DNA of 64,000 bases. Source: Polyangiales bacterium. Lineage in GTDB: Bacteria > Myxococcota_A > Polyangia > Polyangiales > Ga0077539. A model generated the notes under the pieces. The model was given only the letters and a program-made list of their open reading frames with translations, searched no databases and was not told the DNA's origin. How positions within the stretch are numbered: position 1 is the stretch's first letter; every line of letters begins with the position of its first letter. Shown here piece after piece: positions 1 through 9,251 of this stretch. A program made the translations under genes and the position numbers. Location: positions 736,001 to 800,000 of the forward strand of contig JBGARZ010000002.1 of the NCBI GenBank assembly GCA_044229975.1, given 5' to 3'.

Positions 1-887
1 AGAAGGACCACTCCAAGTGCACAGACTGCAACCTCTGCCTCGTCGACTGCCAGGGGGCCGACAGCCCGCAGGGCGGCGTGAAGTGGAAGCAGGACGAGTG
101 TCACATGTGCCTCAACTGCGAGACGGCCTGCCCCGAGGACGTCATCAAGTTCAGCTTCCTGCCCAACCGTCGCAGCGCCACGCTGGCCCAGGACGGACTC
201 GATCGGCGCAAGGTGATCGTCGCCGCCGCGACCGGGGCCGCCGTGCTCCCGCTCGCCCGCACCAGCGACACGCTCGACAGCAACTACTACGACCGGCTCA
301 TCCGCCCGCCGGGTTCGGTGCCCGAGCGCGACTTCATGGAGCGCTGCATCCGCTGCGCGGAGTGCATGAAGGTCTGCCCCAACAACGCCCTCCACCCGGC
401 CTTCCTGGAGAGCGGCCTCGAAGGGTTCTGGACCCCGATTCTCATCCCGCGCATCGGGTACTGCGAGCCGACCTGCGTGCTCTGCGGACAGGTGTGCCCC
501 ACCGGCGCCATCCAGAAGATCAACGAAGACCAGAAGCTCGGTAACCCCGTCCGACACATCGAGCCCATCAAGATCGGCACGGCGTTCTATGACCAGGGGC
601 GGTGTCTGCCCTGGTCGATGGCGACGCCATGCATTGTCTGCGAGGAGTTCTGCCCGACGTCGCCGAAGGCCATCTGGGTCGAGGAGATCGACGTGCCCGA
701 CCGCAATGGTCACATGGTCCATGTGCAGCGGCCCCACGTCGACCCGCAGCTCTGCATCGGCTGCGGCGCGTGCGAGAAGGTCTGCCCGGTGCAAGACCGA
801 CCCGCCGTCTACGTCACCTCCGTTGGCGAGTCGCGCAGCCGCACCAACGTCATCCTGCTCGAGACCAGCAACTACAACCGACCTTGA
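1..887 (+). CDS. 4Fe-4S polyferredoxin (NapH/MauN-NapG/MauM-like fusion), 5' partial
   Basis: Frame is open to the window edge (KDHSKCTDCNLCLVDC...). Several CxxCxxC...CP motifs, an IRPPG MauM/NapG signature, and an internal LDRRKVI twin-arginine-like motif. Confidence 0.85.
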   Translation, partial: KDHSKCTDCNLCLVDCQGADSPQGGVKWKQDECHMCLNCETACPEDVIKFSFLPNRRSATLAQDGLDRRKVIVAAATGAAVLPLARTSDTLDSNYYDRLIRPPGSVPERDFMERCIRCAECMKVCPNNALHPAFLESGLEGFWTPILIPRIGYCEPTCVLCGQVCPTGAIQKINEDQKLGNPVRHIEPIKIGTAFYDQGRCLPWSMATPCIVCEEFCPTSPKAIWVEEIDVPDRNGHMVHVQRPHVDPQLCIGCGACEKVCPVQDRPAVYVTSVGESRSRTNVILLETSNYNRP

Positions 888-959
888 CCGCTTACCTGCA
901 AGGGTAAGATGGCGTTGGTCTCCGCGGCCCGCGCGGGTCGTGGTAGAGCGCGACGCCTG

Positions 960-2336
960 ATGTCATCCGGACAGGTTCCACGAGAGGCGCTGCGGGGAGA
1001 CGCGAGGCTGCGGGCCGCGGAGGTGCTCACCCGCACCGAGGCCGATGGGGCGTTCGCGGTCGCCGCGCTCGATGCCGCCATCACCCGAGCGCCCCCGCTC
1101 GGAGCCCGCGACCGGGGCCTCGCGACCGAGATTGTCTACGGTGCGCTGCGCACGATTCCGGTGCTCGACGCCACGCTCGCCCGCTTCGCGAGGGACGGGG
1201 CACGCTCCATCGAGCGCCTCGATCCGTGGTCGCGCGGCGTGCTCCGGGTCGCCGTCTACCAGGTGCTCGCACTGGACCGCATCCCGCCTTCCGCCGCGGT
1301 CGATGCCGCGGTCGATGCGCTCAAGCGCTGGCGCTCCAAGGGGCTCGCGGGCTTCGCCAACGCCGTGCTCCGCAAGGTCGCGCTCGAACGCCCTGAGCCG
1401 CTCCCCGTCGATCGACGGGTGACCCTCGCGCTCGAAGCCGTCCCTGCGACGGTTCGGCGGCGCATCGGCGCGCTGATCGGCGACGGTGCGGTCGAGTCGG
1501 TGTTGCGCGCGGCGCTCGAACGCAGCGCGGTGTCGTCGATCCGGATCAACCCGAGTCGGGTGGGGCGTGAGGCGCTGGTCGAGCGACTTCAGCGTGAGCG
1601 CGCCGGGTCGGTGCTGTCGCTGGGCCAGCGGTCGGCGTTGGCGATCTCGGTCGAGCACGCCGGCGACCTGACCTACACGGGCGCCTGGAAGGAGGGGCTC
1701 TTCGACCTACAGGAAGAGGGAGCCCAGGTCGTCGCGGCGCTCGCGGGCGCGCGCCCCGGGATGGCGGTGCTCGACCTGTGCGCGGGGCGGGGTGGCAAGA
1801 CGGCCGCCATGGCGACGTCGATGGAGGGTCGCGGGACGCTGCACGCGGTCGATCAGCACCCGTCCAAGCTGGAGACGCTGCGCGCCAACCTCGGGCGCCT
1901 CGGACTGAACGAGCACCTCTCGCTGGAGACCTTCGCCGTCGACCTCACGGTGGGCGATGGAGACCTCGCGCGCGCCGCTCCCGCCGAGGGCTACGACGTG
2001 GTGATGGTCGACGCGCCGTGTTCGGGTCTGGGCACTCTGGCCCGACGTCCTGACCTCATGCTGCGACTTCGCGACGAGGCCACGTGGGCCGACCTCACGC
2101 GTGCGCAGACCGCGATCTTGAAGCGCGCGGCGCGATGGGTGCGACCGAGTGGGGCGCTGGTCTACGCGGTGTGCACGCTGACCTCCGACGAGGGCGATGA
2201 GCCCGTCCGCGCGTTGCTCGACGGCCGCGACGGGTGGGCCGCATCGCACGAGCGCACCGTGCTGCGACCCGACCTCGACGGCACCGATGGGTTCGTGATC
2301 CATCGCATCGTGCGAACCAATCGCGACGGTGCCTAG
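960..2336 (+). CDS. rsmB: 16S rRNA m5C967 methyltransferase RsmB/Sun (NusB-like N-domain + SAM MTase)
   Basis: RDRGLATEIVYG and GFANAVLR (NusB-like domain), VLDLCAGRGGKT, MVDAPCSGLG, LVYAVCT. ATG 960 preferred over 909. Confidence 0.88.
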   Translation: MSSGQVPREALRGDARLRAAEVLTRTEADGAFAVAALDAAITRAPPLGARDRGLATEIVYGALRTIPVLDATLARFARDGARSIERLDPWSRGVLRVAVYQVLALDRIPPSAAVDAAVDALKRWRSKGLAGFANAVLRKVALERPEPLPVDRRVTLALEAVPATVRRRIGALIGDGAVESVLRAALERSAVSSIRINPSRVGREALVERLQRERAGSVLSLGQRSALAISVEHAGDLTYTGAWKEGLFDLQEEGAQVVAALAGARPGMAVLDLCAGRGGKTAAMATSMEGRGTLHAVDQHPSKLETLRANLGRLGLNEHLSLETFAVDLTVGDGDLARAAPAEGYDVVMVDAPCSGLGTLARRPDLMLRLRDEATWADLTRAQTAILKRAARWVRPSGALVYAVCTLTSDEGDEPVRALLDGRDGWAASHERTVLRPDLDGTDGFVIHRIVRTNRDGA

Positions 2337-2371
2337 CGGCGGCCTTCGTCGGCTCTGGTACCATCGCCGCC

Positions 2372-4231
2372 GTGTCGCAGAACGATCTCGTGTTTGAGGC
2401 CCGCGACCCCTTCCTCGCGCGCACGGTAGCCGGGAAGTATCAGATCGACGCGTTCCTTGGCGCGGGGGCGATGGGGCGCGTGTACCGGGCGACGCAGCGA
2501 CCACTCGACAAGACCGTTGCGGTCAAGATCCTCAACGCAAACCTCGGCGCCGACAACGGGACGCTGCAGCGGTTTCTCCGCGAGGCGAAGGCCGCCAGCC
2601 GCTTCGACCATCCCAACTCCGTCGCGGTGTTCGACTTCGGCATCGAGCCCGACGGCACCGCCTACATCGTGATGGAGTACCTCCGCGGCGAGAGCCTCGA
2701 CGACCTCCTCCAACGAGAAGGCACCCTCCCCGCGCCCCGCTGCGTCGCGATCATGTCGCAGGTGCTCGCGGCGCTCGCGGAGGCCCACGAGGCTGGCATC
2801 GTCCACCGCGACATCAAGCCCGAAAACATCATGCTCGTCTCGCGCAGCGGCGACGACGGCGACGGCGAGACGGTGAAGGTCGCCGACTTCGGCATCGCGA
2901 AGATGCTCGACGACGACCCGCGCGCCGCGGCGAAGCTCACCGCCACGGGCATCACCCCGGGTTCGCCCGCGTACATGTCCCCGGAGCAGGCGCAGGCGAA
3001 GCCGCTCGATGGCCGCAGCGACCTCTACCAGTGCGGGGTGATCCTCTACGAGATGATCACCGGCGAGATCCCCTTCACTGCCGACAACGCCATCGGAGTC
3101 ATCCTGCTGCACATCAGCGAGCCGGCGCCGTCGGCCAGGATGCGCAACACGCGGTGCCCGGAGATGCTCGATACGATCATCACCAAGGCCATGGCGAAGA
3201 ACCCCGAGGCGAGGTTCTCCAACGCGCGTGCGATGCGGCAGGCCCTCAAGGCGGTCGCACCCGACCAGGTGATTCCAACGGGGAAGATCTCCGTCCGCGA
3301 GCGTCCTCGACCGGCCCCGCTGTCCCCGCAGCCCCAGCACTCCGGCATCGCCGACACCCTCACGAGCGTCACTGCGCCGCGCGGCGTCGCGGCCGTGCAA
3401 CCGACTCCGCCGACCAAGGCCCCCAGCGGGCCGACGCCGACCGTTCGCTGGATGCGCATCGCGCCGATCGTCGCGGTGGCAGTGGCGCTGACCGTCGCGG
3501 TGGTCTTCCTGTCTCCGCGCGAGGGGTCCGTCATGGTGGTTCCGGCGTCGAGCGCAGCACCGACGCCGACGGTCGCCCCGACCGAGGTGCCACCCCTGCC
3601 GCCGACGACACCCGAGGCAACGCCCCAGGTGATGCCGACGTCCGATCCCTCGGTTGCTCCAACGATCGCCGACGCGGCAGCGCGAGTGCAGACGACCGTC
3701 GTTGGTGGGCGCCGCCTCCCGCGAGACCGCGCCCCGTTGGCTCCAGCGACGACGCCCGTCGTGGCGCCGACGCCGGTCGTCGAGCCCACGCCCGCACCCG
3801 TCCCGACGTCGGCCGCTGAGGTTCCCCCGACACCCGTCCCCGTGGTGGCGCCCCCGCCTGCGCCCGTCGTCGTCGCTCCGGCGCCCGTGCTTCGCGGTGT
3901 GCGCGGATCGCTCACGGCGTTGCAGGCCGGTGGCGGCATCGGCCGCAACCTCCTCCAAAGTCGCGCGACGCAGGCCACCGAGGCGCTTGCGCGGTGTGTG
4001 CAGCGGGCCGCCGAGGCTCGCGGTGGCGCGTCGGCGTTTGGTTCGCCCGCGACCGTGGGCGTCGTGGTCTCGGTGCGCGACCGCCGCGCCGACGAGGTGC
4101 ACCTCACCGGGACTGGGCTCGCGAGCGGGTGCCGCGACGCTGTCCTCGGAGCGTTTCGCGGAGACCTCCCGCAGGGCGAAGACGCCGAGTACGACGTTCG
4201 GCTGAGCGTGCAGTTGGAGCCGCAGCTCTAG
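2372..4231 (+). CDS. Membrane Ser/Thr protein kinase (Hanks type) with TM, Pro-rich linker and C-terminal extracytoplasmic domain
   Basis: LGAGAMGRVY, VAVKIL, HRDIKPEN, DFGIAK, YMSPEQ, TM IAPIVAVAVALTVAVVFL. GTG 2372 lies 7 nt after a TACCAT -10-like hexamer. Confidence 0.92.
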   Translation: MSQNDLVFEARDPFLARTVAGKYQIDAFLGAGAMGRVYRATQRPLDKTVAVKILNANLGADNGTLQRFLREAKAASRFDHPNSVAVFDFGIEPDGTAYIVMEYLRGESLDDLLQREGTLPAPRCVAIMSQVLAALAEAHEAGIVHRDIKPENIMLVSRSGDDGDGETVKVADFGIAKMLDDDPRAAAKLTATGITPGSPAYMSPEQAQAKPLDGRSDLYQCGVILYEMITGEIPFTADNAIGVILLHISEPAPSARMRNTRCPEMLDTIITKAMAKNPEARFSNARAMRQALKAVAPDQVIPTGKISVRERPRPAPLSPQPQHSGIADTLTSVTAPRGVAAVQPTPPTKAPSGPTPTVRWMRIAPIVAVAVALTVAVVFLSPREGSVMVVPASSAAPTPTVAPTEVPPLPPTTPEATPQVMPTSDPSVAPTIADAAARVQTTVVGGRRLPRDRAPLAPATTPVVAPTPVVEPTPAPVPTSAAEVPPTPVPVVAPPPAPVVVAPAPVLRGVRGSLTALQAGGGIGRNLLQSRATQATEALARCVQRAAEARGGASAFGSPATVGVVVSVRDRRADEVHLTGTGLASGCRDAVLGAFRGDLPQGEDAEYDVRLSVQLEPQL

Positions 4232-4389
4232 GATCGCCCCACTCGACGAGGCGACTCGCATTGGTTCATGGGAATGATTGGGAGTGGATCAGCGGGTACG
4301 CTCGGTCGCGTCGCTGTCATCTCCCTCCATGTCCCCGAAACGTGGCTCCGAGTGCGGCGCCGCCTGCGAACGCTCTCGGTAAACGCAAT

Positions 4390-4477
4390 TGGGACAGATT
4401 CATACCTTCGCACTGACCCACGCAGGCGCTCGCGCTGCGACTCCGAGAACTTGCGCCGAGAGCGCTGGGACAGATTC
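4390..4477. repeat. 12-bp direct repeat tgggacagattc (4390-4401 and 4466-4477)
   Basis: Two exact copies 76 bp apart, just inside the left islet boundary. Confidence 0.75.
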
Positions 4478-4538
4478 GCCGCTTCGCACGGTCCCATCGT
4501 GAGTCCGCCGCCTCGGGATCGAGTGCCCTCGGGACACG

Positions 4539-4808
4539 TTGAGCGTGGAGATCCGCGAGGCCGAGAAGGGCCGCATCAACGTCGGGCCTCGCAAGACGCG
4601 GGCGCGCGACGGTGAGCCGCTCGATGTGAAGGTCCTGCCGCTGCGGCTGGTGGCCGACGTCGCCGACAAAATGGACGAGGCCTGGCGCGCGAAGGGCATC
4701 AAGAACCGCATGGAGTTCTTCCGGGGGGCCAGCGGCCACTACCTCGCGCATCTCGGCGCGCGCGACGCAGCCGCGCTCTTCACGAACGCGGGCGCCACGG
4801 GCGCGTGA
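4539..4808 (+). CDS. Small ribbon-helix-helix (CopG/MetJ-like) DNA-binding protein
   Basis: VLPLRLVADVADKMDEAWRAKGIKNRMEFFRGA fits the strand-helix-G-x-x-x-R-x-E-helix RHH pattern. Strong GC3 codon bias. TTG start uncertain. Confidence 0.55.
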   Translation: MSVEIREAEKGRINVGPRKTRARDGEPLDVKVLPLRLVADVADKMDEAWRAKGIKNRMEFFRGASGHYLAHLGARDAAALFTNAGATGA

Positions 4809-4996
4809 ACGCGGCGGAATCGGAGGGGCGTCGGCAGGCCTACAACCGCCTCCGACGCCCCATGTCCGCGGAACCTCGCGGCTATTCCAAGCGCCTGAAA
4901 ACACGCGCGAAATCAACGTATTCGACCTTGGTAGGGGCGCGAACGGAAGCCGGTATGTCCTCACGCGACGGGCACTTCGCACGACGCGCCGCGGAG

Positions 4997-5047
4997 GACG
5001 ACGATGAGCACGACGACGATGAGCACGACGACGATGAGCACGACGAC
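4997..5047 (+). repeat. 15-bp tandem repeat gacgacgatgagcac x3.4
   Basis: Directly visible; encodes MSTTT-MSTTT-MSTTT at the start of the 5004 ORF. Confidence 0.9.
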
Positions 5048-5342
5048 AAAGAACACGCAGACGACGAAGACGGTGAGCCAGGCCGAGAGCCGCTACGGAA
5101 CGCCCGAGCCGCAGATCGCGCTCCGCTTCCCCAAGGGCACCAGCTACCGCGTCGTGAAGGCCGCGCTGCACAAGCTCGCCGCCGAGATCGAGCTGGCGAC
5201 GCCGGCAAGCGAGCGCTGGTGCGTGAACACCGAGGACTTCAACGAGAGCGGGCGCGTGTACCTCGAGCTCGCCGACGCGACGGCTGCCGAAGCCGCGCGC
5301 GGGATGGCGCTTCTCACGAAGCTGGTGATGCCGGGCGTTTGA
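5004..5342 (+). CDS. Hypothetical protein (112 aa)
   Basis: GGAGG RBS before ATG 5004 and typical GC3 codon bias; no family recognised. Confidence 0.7.
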   Translation: MSTTTMSTTTMSTTTKNTQTTKTVSQAESRYGTPEPQIALRFPKGTSYRVVKAALHKLAAEIELATPASERWCVNTEDFNESGRVYLELADATAAEAARGMALLTKLVMPGV

Positions 5343-5348
5343 CGGGAC

Positions 5349-5729
5349 CTACTTCGCGGCCCGCTGACGATGCTTCTCGCGCGCCGCGAGCACCTTTGGC
5401 GTGTTCGTCGCGATCCACCGGCCGAGCGCGTCGAGGTGCTCCGCGAGCCCGCGGCCCAAGGCCGTCAGCGAGTACTCGACGCGCGGAGGCACCTCCCCGT
5501 AGTCACGCCGTGCGACGAAGCCGTCCTCCTCCAGAGTGCGCAGCGTGAGCGCGAGCATGCGCTCACTGACTCCACCGACCCGCCGTCGCAGCTCCGCGTA
5601 GCGGTAGGTGCGCTCGGCGAGAGCCAGCATCACCAGCATCCCCCACTTGGATACCACGTGGTCGAGCACCTCCCGACCAGGGCAGTCGGGCGCGTATGAC
5701 TCTCCAAGAAGATCGCCGAGCTTCGTCAT
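5349..5729 (-). CDS. HxlR/DUF24 family winged-helix transcriptional regulator
   Basis: DCPGREVLDHVVSKW, GVSERML, LRTLEEDGFV, VPPRVEYSLT; N-terminal Cys typical of redox-sensing members. Confidence 0.92.
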   Translation of the reverse strand: MTKLGDLLGESYAPDCPGREVLDHVVSKWGMLVMLALAERTYRYAELRRRVGGVSERMLALTLRTLEEDGFVARRDYGEVPPRVEYSLTALGRGLAEHLDALGRWIATNTPKVLAAREKHRQRAAK

Positions 5730-5737
5730 GATCACGA

Positions 5738-5775
5738 CACTAACAAAAATGTCTGTACTTCCCAAATGAGAGCGA
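5738..5775. promoter_or_regulatory. AT-rich divergent control region, probable HxlR operator
   Basis: cactaacaaaaatgtctgtacttcccaaatgagag lies between divergent genes and contains an imperfect CTAAC-N6-GTCTG dyad. Confidence 0.4.
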
Positions 5776-5840
5776 CGGACATACCTACTTCCTCAGACCG
5801 GGGCCAGCCCGGGCAGAAGTCCATCGAGAGGAACGTCTTC

Positions 5841-6242
5841 ATGAGCGAGCGCACCACCAGAGTCATCTACCGCGTCAGCACCGGCCTCCTGGCCGCGTTC
5901 CTGGCAGCACTCACCGTCGCCTACTTCACCGTGCCGTACTTCGCAGAGGGCAACCTGCACCTCGGCTTCCCCGACTGGTTCCGCTACGCGCTGGGAGCCG
6001 GTAAGGCCCTGGGGGCCGTCGCGCTCGTCGCCAACGTTCCGCCGCGCATGAAGACCCTCGCGTACGACGGTCTCGCCATCATGTTCGTGTGTGCCGCGAT
6101 CGCCCATCCGATGGCCGGGGACCCGCTCGCCACGGCGCTCGGCGGGGTGTTCGCCCTGACCCTGCTCATCGTCTCGTGCGTTTCGGCGGCAAAGCTGCGC
6201 GGCACCGACAACACCCTTCACGCAGCGCCGAGCGCGGCCTGA
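5841..6242 (+). CDS. DoxX-like family membrane protein
   Basis: Four hydrophobic segments; HLGFPDWF..LGAGKALG and KTLAYDG...AAIAH motifs; GAGAGG RBS. Confidence 0.8.
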   Translation: MSERTTRVIYRVSTGLLAAFLAALTVAYFTVPYFAEGNLHLGFPDWFRYALGAGKALGAVALVANVPPRMKTLAYDGLAIMFVCAAIAHPMAGDPLATALGGVFALTLLIVSCVSAAKLRGTDNTLHAAPSAA

Positions 6243-6258
6243 GGCGAGGAGCGTCCCC

Positions 6259-6930
6259 ATGTCGAAGCTTCTCATTATCGGCGGCAGCGGGCGGACCGGC
6301 CTGCACCTCCTCGAACAGGCAGCCGAGCGCGGCCACACCGTGCGCGCGCTCGTGCGCAAACCCGAGGCCGTGAAGGCCCCGCCCGGCGTCGAACTCGTGA
6401 AGGGCACGCCTTCGAGCGTCGAGGACCTGCGCGAGGCAATGAAGGGCACCGAGGCGGTCATCGTCGCCCACAACAACTCGCGCGCGTCCGACAGCCCCTG
6501 GGCAAAGCAGATCAACTCGCCGAGGTTCCTGACGGACTCGGCGCGAAACATCCTCGCCGTGATGGCCGAGCAGCACGTGAAGCGCGTCGTCCTCCTCTCC
6601 GCGATCGGCGTCGGTGACTCGTGGCCGACCATCCCGCGGCTCTTCCGGGCGTTCATCAAGCTGAGCAACATCAAGATCGGCTACGCCGACCACGATGGCG
6701 TCGACGCGCTCGCGCGCAAGAGCGACACCGACTGGACGCTGGTGCGCGCCGTCGGCCTGAACGACAAGCCTGCAGGCGCGCTCGGCCCGCTGCACACCAC
6801 CGAGGTCGGGGGTTCGAAGCCCGGAACGCTGAACGTGACGCGCGCCGAAGTGGCGACCTTCTGCCTCGACTGTGTCGACAAGAGCGAGTGGATCCACCGG
6901 GCGCCCATCATCTGGAACGGCAAGACGTGA
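6259..6930 (+). CDS. NAD(P)H-binding atypical SDR / flavin reductase (BLVRB-like)
   Basis: IIGGSGRTG, GHTVRALVR, DWTLVR; GAGGAG RBS. Confidence 0.88.
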   Translation: MSKLLIIGGSGRTGLHLLEQAAERGHTVRALVRKPEAVKAPPGVELVKGTPSSVEDLREAMKGTEAVIVAHNNSRASDSPWAKQINSPRFLTDSARNILAVMAEQHVKRVVLLSAIGVGDSWPTIPRLFRAFIKLSNIKIGYADHDGVDALARKSDTDWTLVRAVGLNDKPAGALGPLHTTEVGGSKPGTLNVTRAEVATFCLDCVDKSEWIHRAPIIWNGKT

Positions 6931-7069
6931 GCGCGGCGTTTGTCCAGGGCCGGCTGCTCGCCGTGGTGCTCGTGGGCTGTGAGAGCCGCTGCGCGGAGCG
7001 TGCGCCCACGGCGTGCCCACGCGCTCTTTCGACGCGCCGCCGAGCGAGGGAAGCAGCAGGAGAATGCTC

Positions 7070-7723
7070 ATGACCAAGCCGCTCACCATCGACGTGTGGA
7101 GCGATGTGATGTGCCCGTTCTGCTACATGGGCGACGCGCTGCTCGCGAAGGCGCTGGACACGTTCCCGCACAAGGAGCAGGTCGAGGTCCGCTACCGCAG
7201 CTACCAACTCATGCCGGGACTGCCGACGGACAGCGATATGATCGCGACCGAGATCCTCGTGAAGGCGAAGGGCATCCCGCGCGCGCAGGCCATCGCGATG
7301 AACAAGCAGGTCGAGGCGCGCGCGGCCGAGGTGGGGCTCGAGTACCACCTCGACCAGGCGCTCGTCGTGAACACGCGCTCGGCGCAGCGGCTCTCGCAGT
7401 TCGCGCTGGCCGAGGGCAAGCAGCACGCCTTCATGCAGCGGCTCTTCCGCGCCTACTTCACGGAGGGCAAGAACGTTGGCAAGTACCATGTGCTCGCCGA
7501 CCTCGCCGCCGAGGTCGGGCTCGACAGGGCGCGCGCGCTCGAGGTGCTGGAGAGCGGCGGCTTCGACTCCGAGGTCGCCGCCGACCAGAGCCAGGCGAAC
7601 GCGATCGGTATCCAGGGCGTCCCGTTCTTCGTCCTCGATGGGAAGTACGCGGTCTCGGGCGCGCAGCCCGTCGAGGCGTTTCGCAAGGCGCTCGACACGG
7701 CGTGGCGCGCGGGCCGCGGATAG
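7070..7723 (+). CDS. DsbA family FrnE-like thiol-disulfide oxidoreductase
   Basis: WSDVMCPFCYMG, GIQGVPFF, VSGAQP; AGGAG RBS. Confidence 0.92.
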   Translation: MTKPLTIDVWSDVMCPFCYMGDALLAKALDTFPHKEQVEVRYRSYQLMPGLPTDSDMIATEILVKAKGIPRAQAIAMNKQVEARAAEVGLEYHLDQALVVNTRSAQRLSQFALAEGKQHAFMQRLFRAYFTEGKNVGKYHVLADLAAEVGLDRARALEVLESGGFDSEVAADQSQANAIGIQGVPFFVLDGKYAVSGAQPVEAFRKALDTAWRAGRG

Positions 7724-7814
7724 TCGCCTTGTCGGCTCAGGGACGACGGGAAGGACCATCGTGCCCATCATCGCGCGTTCGTTTCAGGCAGTCGACGCTC
7801 GTATCTGTACGGCT

Positions 7815-8737
7815 TTACGCCGGCGCGCTCGTGGTGATGGTCGGGACCCAGATCGCGCCCTCCCACTCCTTCACGAGCCGCTCCTGCCACGTCGGGTCGG
7901 GCGCGAGCACCGGGCGACAGCCGTTCTCCGCGTGGAGGATGGCTGTGCAGAGCGCGACGAACGCGTCGGCCACATCGTAGTCGGGCGACTTCGCGGTGCC
8001 CGAGCTGTAGCGGCACGCGAGGGCGACGAGCCGGAGGTCCACGTCGAGCTTGATGGCTGCGGCGGCACACGCGGCGATGCCGAGACGCACAGCTTCGTCG
8101 GGCCTCGACTTGTAGCTCGCGAGCCCCATCGTGCGCAGCGTCGCGCCCGGGTAGACCTCGATGATCTCGCCAGCGCCGCGACCGCCTGGAAACGGCAGCA
8201 CGCGGTAGCGGTGCGACTCCCACAGCCTCGAGAGCAACACGTTCCCGAGGAGCGTCATCTGGAACGTCGCCTGGAACTTGTCCTTGAGCGGCGGCTGCCC
8301 ACCGGCGGCGATGTCCGTCGCGCGCTTCGTCCATAGCCGCGCGCGCTCGGCGCGGTCTCGCCTCGTTGCGAAGGGCGTGAAGTCGAGCGGGTCGGTGAGC
8401 AAGAGGCGCTGCGCGATCCACCAGTTGAAGGAACGCCAGCCGTTGAACGCGCCGTCGTTGTAGCCGAGGTCCGCGGCGAACTGCGGGTCGCGCAGGAGGG
8501 CGTGCGGGACGCAGAACGGGAAGCCGAACCCGACGACGCGGGCCGGTCGGGCCGTGAGCTCGTCGACGAGCTCTTCGCGGTCCAGCCCGGAGGGTCGTTC
8601 GCGAGCAGCCGTGTGTTCATCCCGGTCGCGTCGATGCGGTAGGAGTGCCGGCCCGTTGAGTGCGCTGCGATGGCGATGATCTTCCGCCGCTGGTCGCGCG
8701 CCCGCTGCGGCGCACCGAAGTCGACGCCGACGATCAT
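7815..8737 (-). pseudogene. DUF429 (predicted RNase H-fold nuclease) gene with a 1-bp frameshift
   Basis: N-terminus MIVGVDFGA...PPGWTAK is in one frame and continues as ELVDEL...VVGFGFPF...IEVYP...DAFVA...EGAIWVP in another. Junction near 8573. Confidence 0.72.
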
Positions 8738-9178
8738 GTCGACCTCGAACGTGCGGCGAAGGGGACCAAGGGGACCATGACCCTCCAGTTCTCGCCGTTG
8801 CCGCCGCCGTGGTCCAGGGGCGATTCGCGGGCCGCGCATGGGACTGCGCCCCAGCGATCAAGAGCGCCGTCAACGCTCGAAGCTCGCGCGACCAGCGCTC
8901 GCGCTCCACGCGCGACGGCGGGCGACCGTTCGTCGCTCGTTGCGAGCCGTCGCCCCGATGATCAACAAGCTCGGCCTCGTCGCGCCCGCCGAAGCTGTCG
9001 ATCAAGGGGGCCGACTGTTGATCGCCGGGTACGCAGTTAAACGCCTCTCGGCTTCTCTCTCCCCACGGGACAGGAGAGAGAGCGGGAGAGCCGCCCTCAT
9101 CGCACTCGCTATGCGCTCTCTGCGAGCGGCCGCAGCAAGCGCGGCGCGTGAAACGCACGGAGTTCAGGGGGAAACGGC

Positions 9179-9210
9179 GAAGCCCCCTCGGATCGCTCCT
9201 TGGGGGCTTC
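9179..9210. terminator. Stem-loop downstream of tRNA-Asn (probable intrinsic terminator)
   Basis: gaagccccc-tcggatcgctcctt-gggggcttc, a 9-bp perfect outer stem. Confidence 0.6.
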
Positions 9211-9251
9211 TGTTTACCGACCCTCGCCCTTTGTTTGTGACGAGAGAAAAA

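Noticed and set aside
4805..5548. Alternative frame reading the 15-bp repeat as DDDEH (metal-binding-like)
   Set aside because: The rest of that frame is Arg/Pro-rich shadow sequence overlapping the HxlR gene; the RBS and codon bias favour 5004-5342.
9045..9090. Imperfect hairpin ctctctcc...ggagagag as a REP element or terminator
   Set aside because: Single copy in the window and no U-tract; cannot be assigned.
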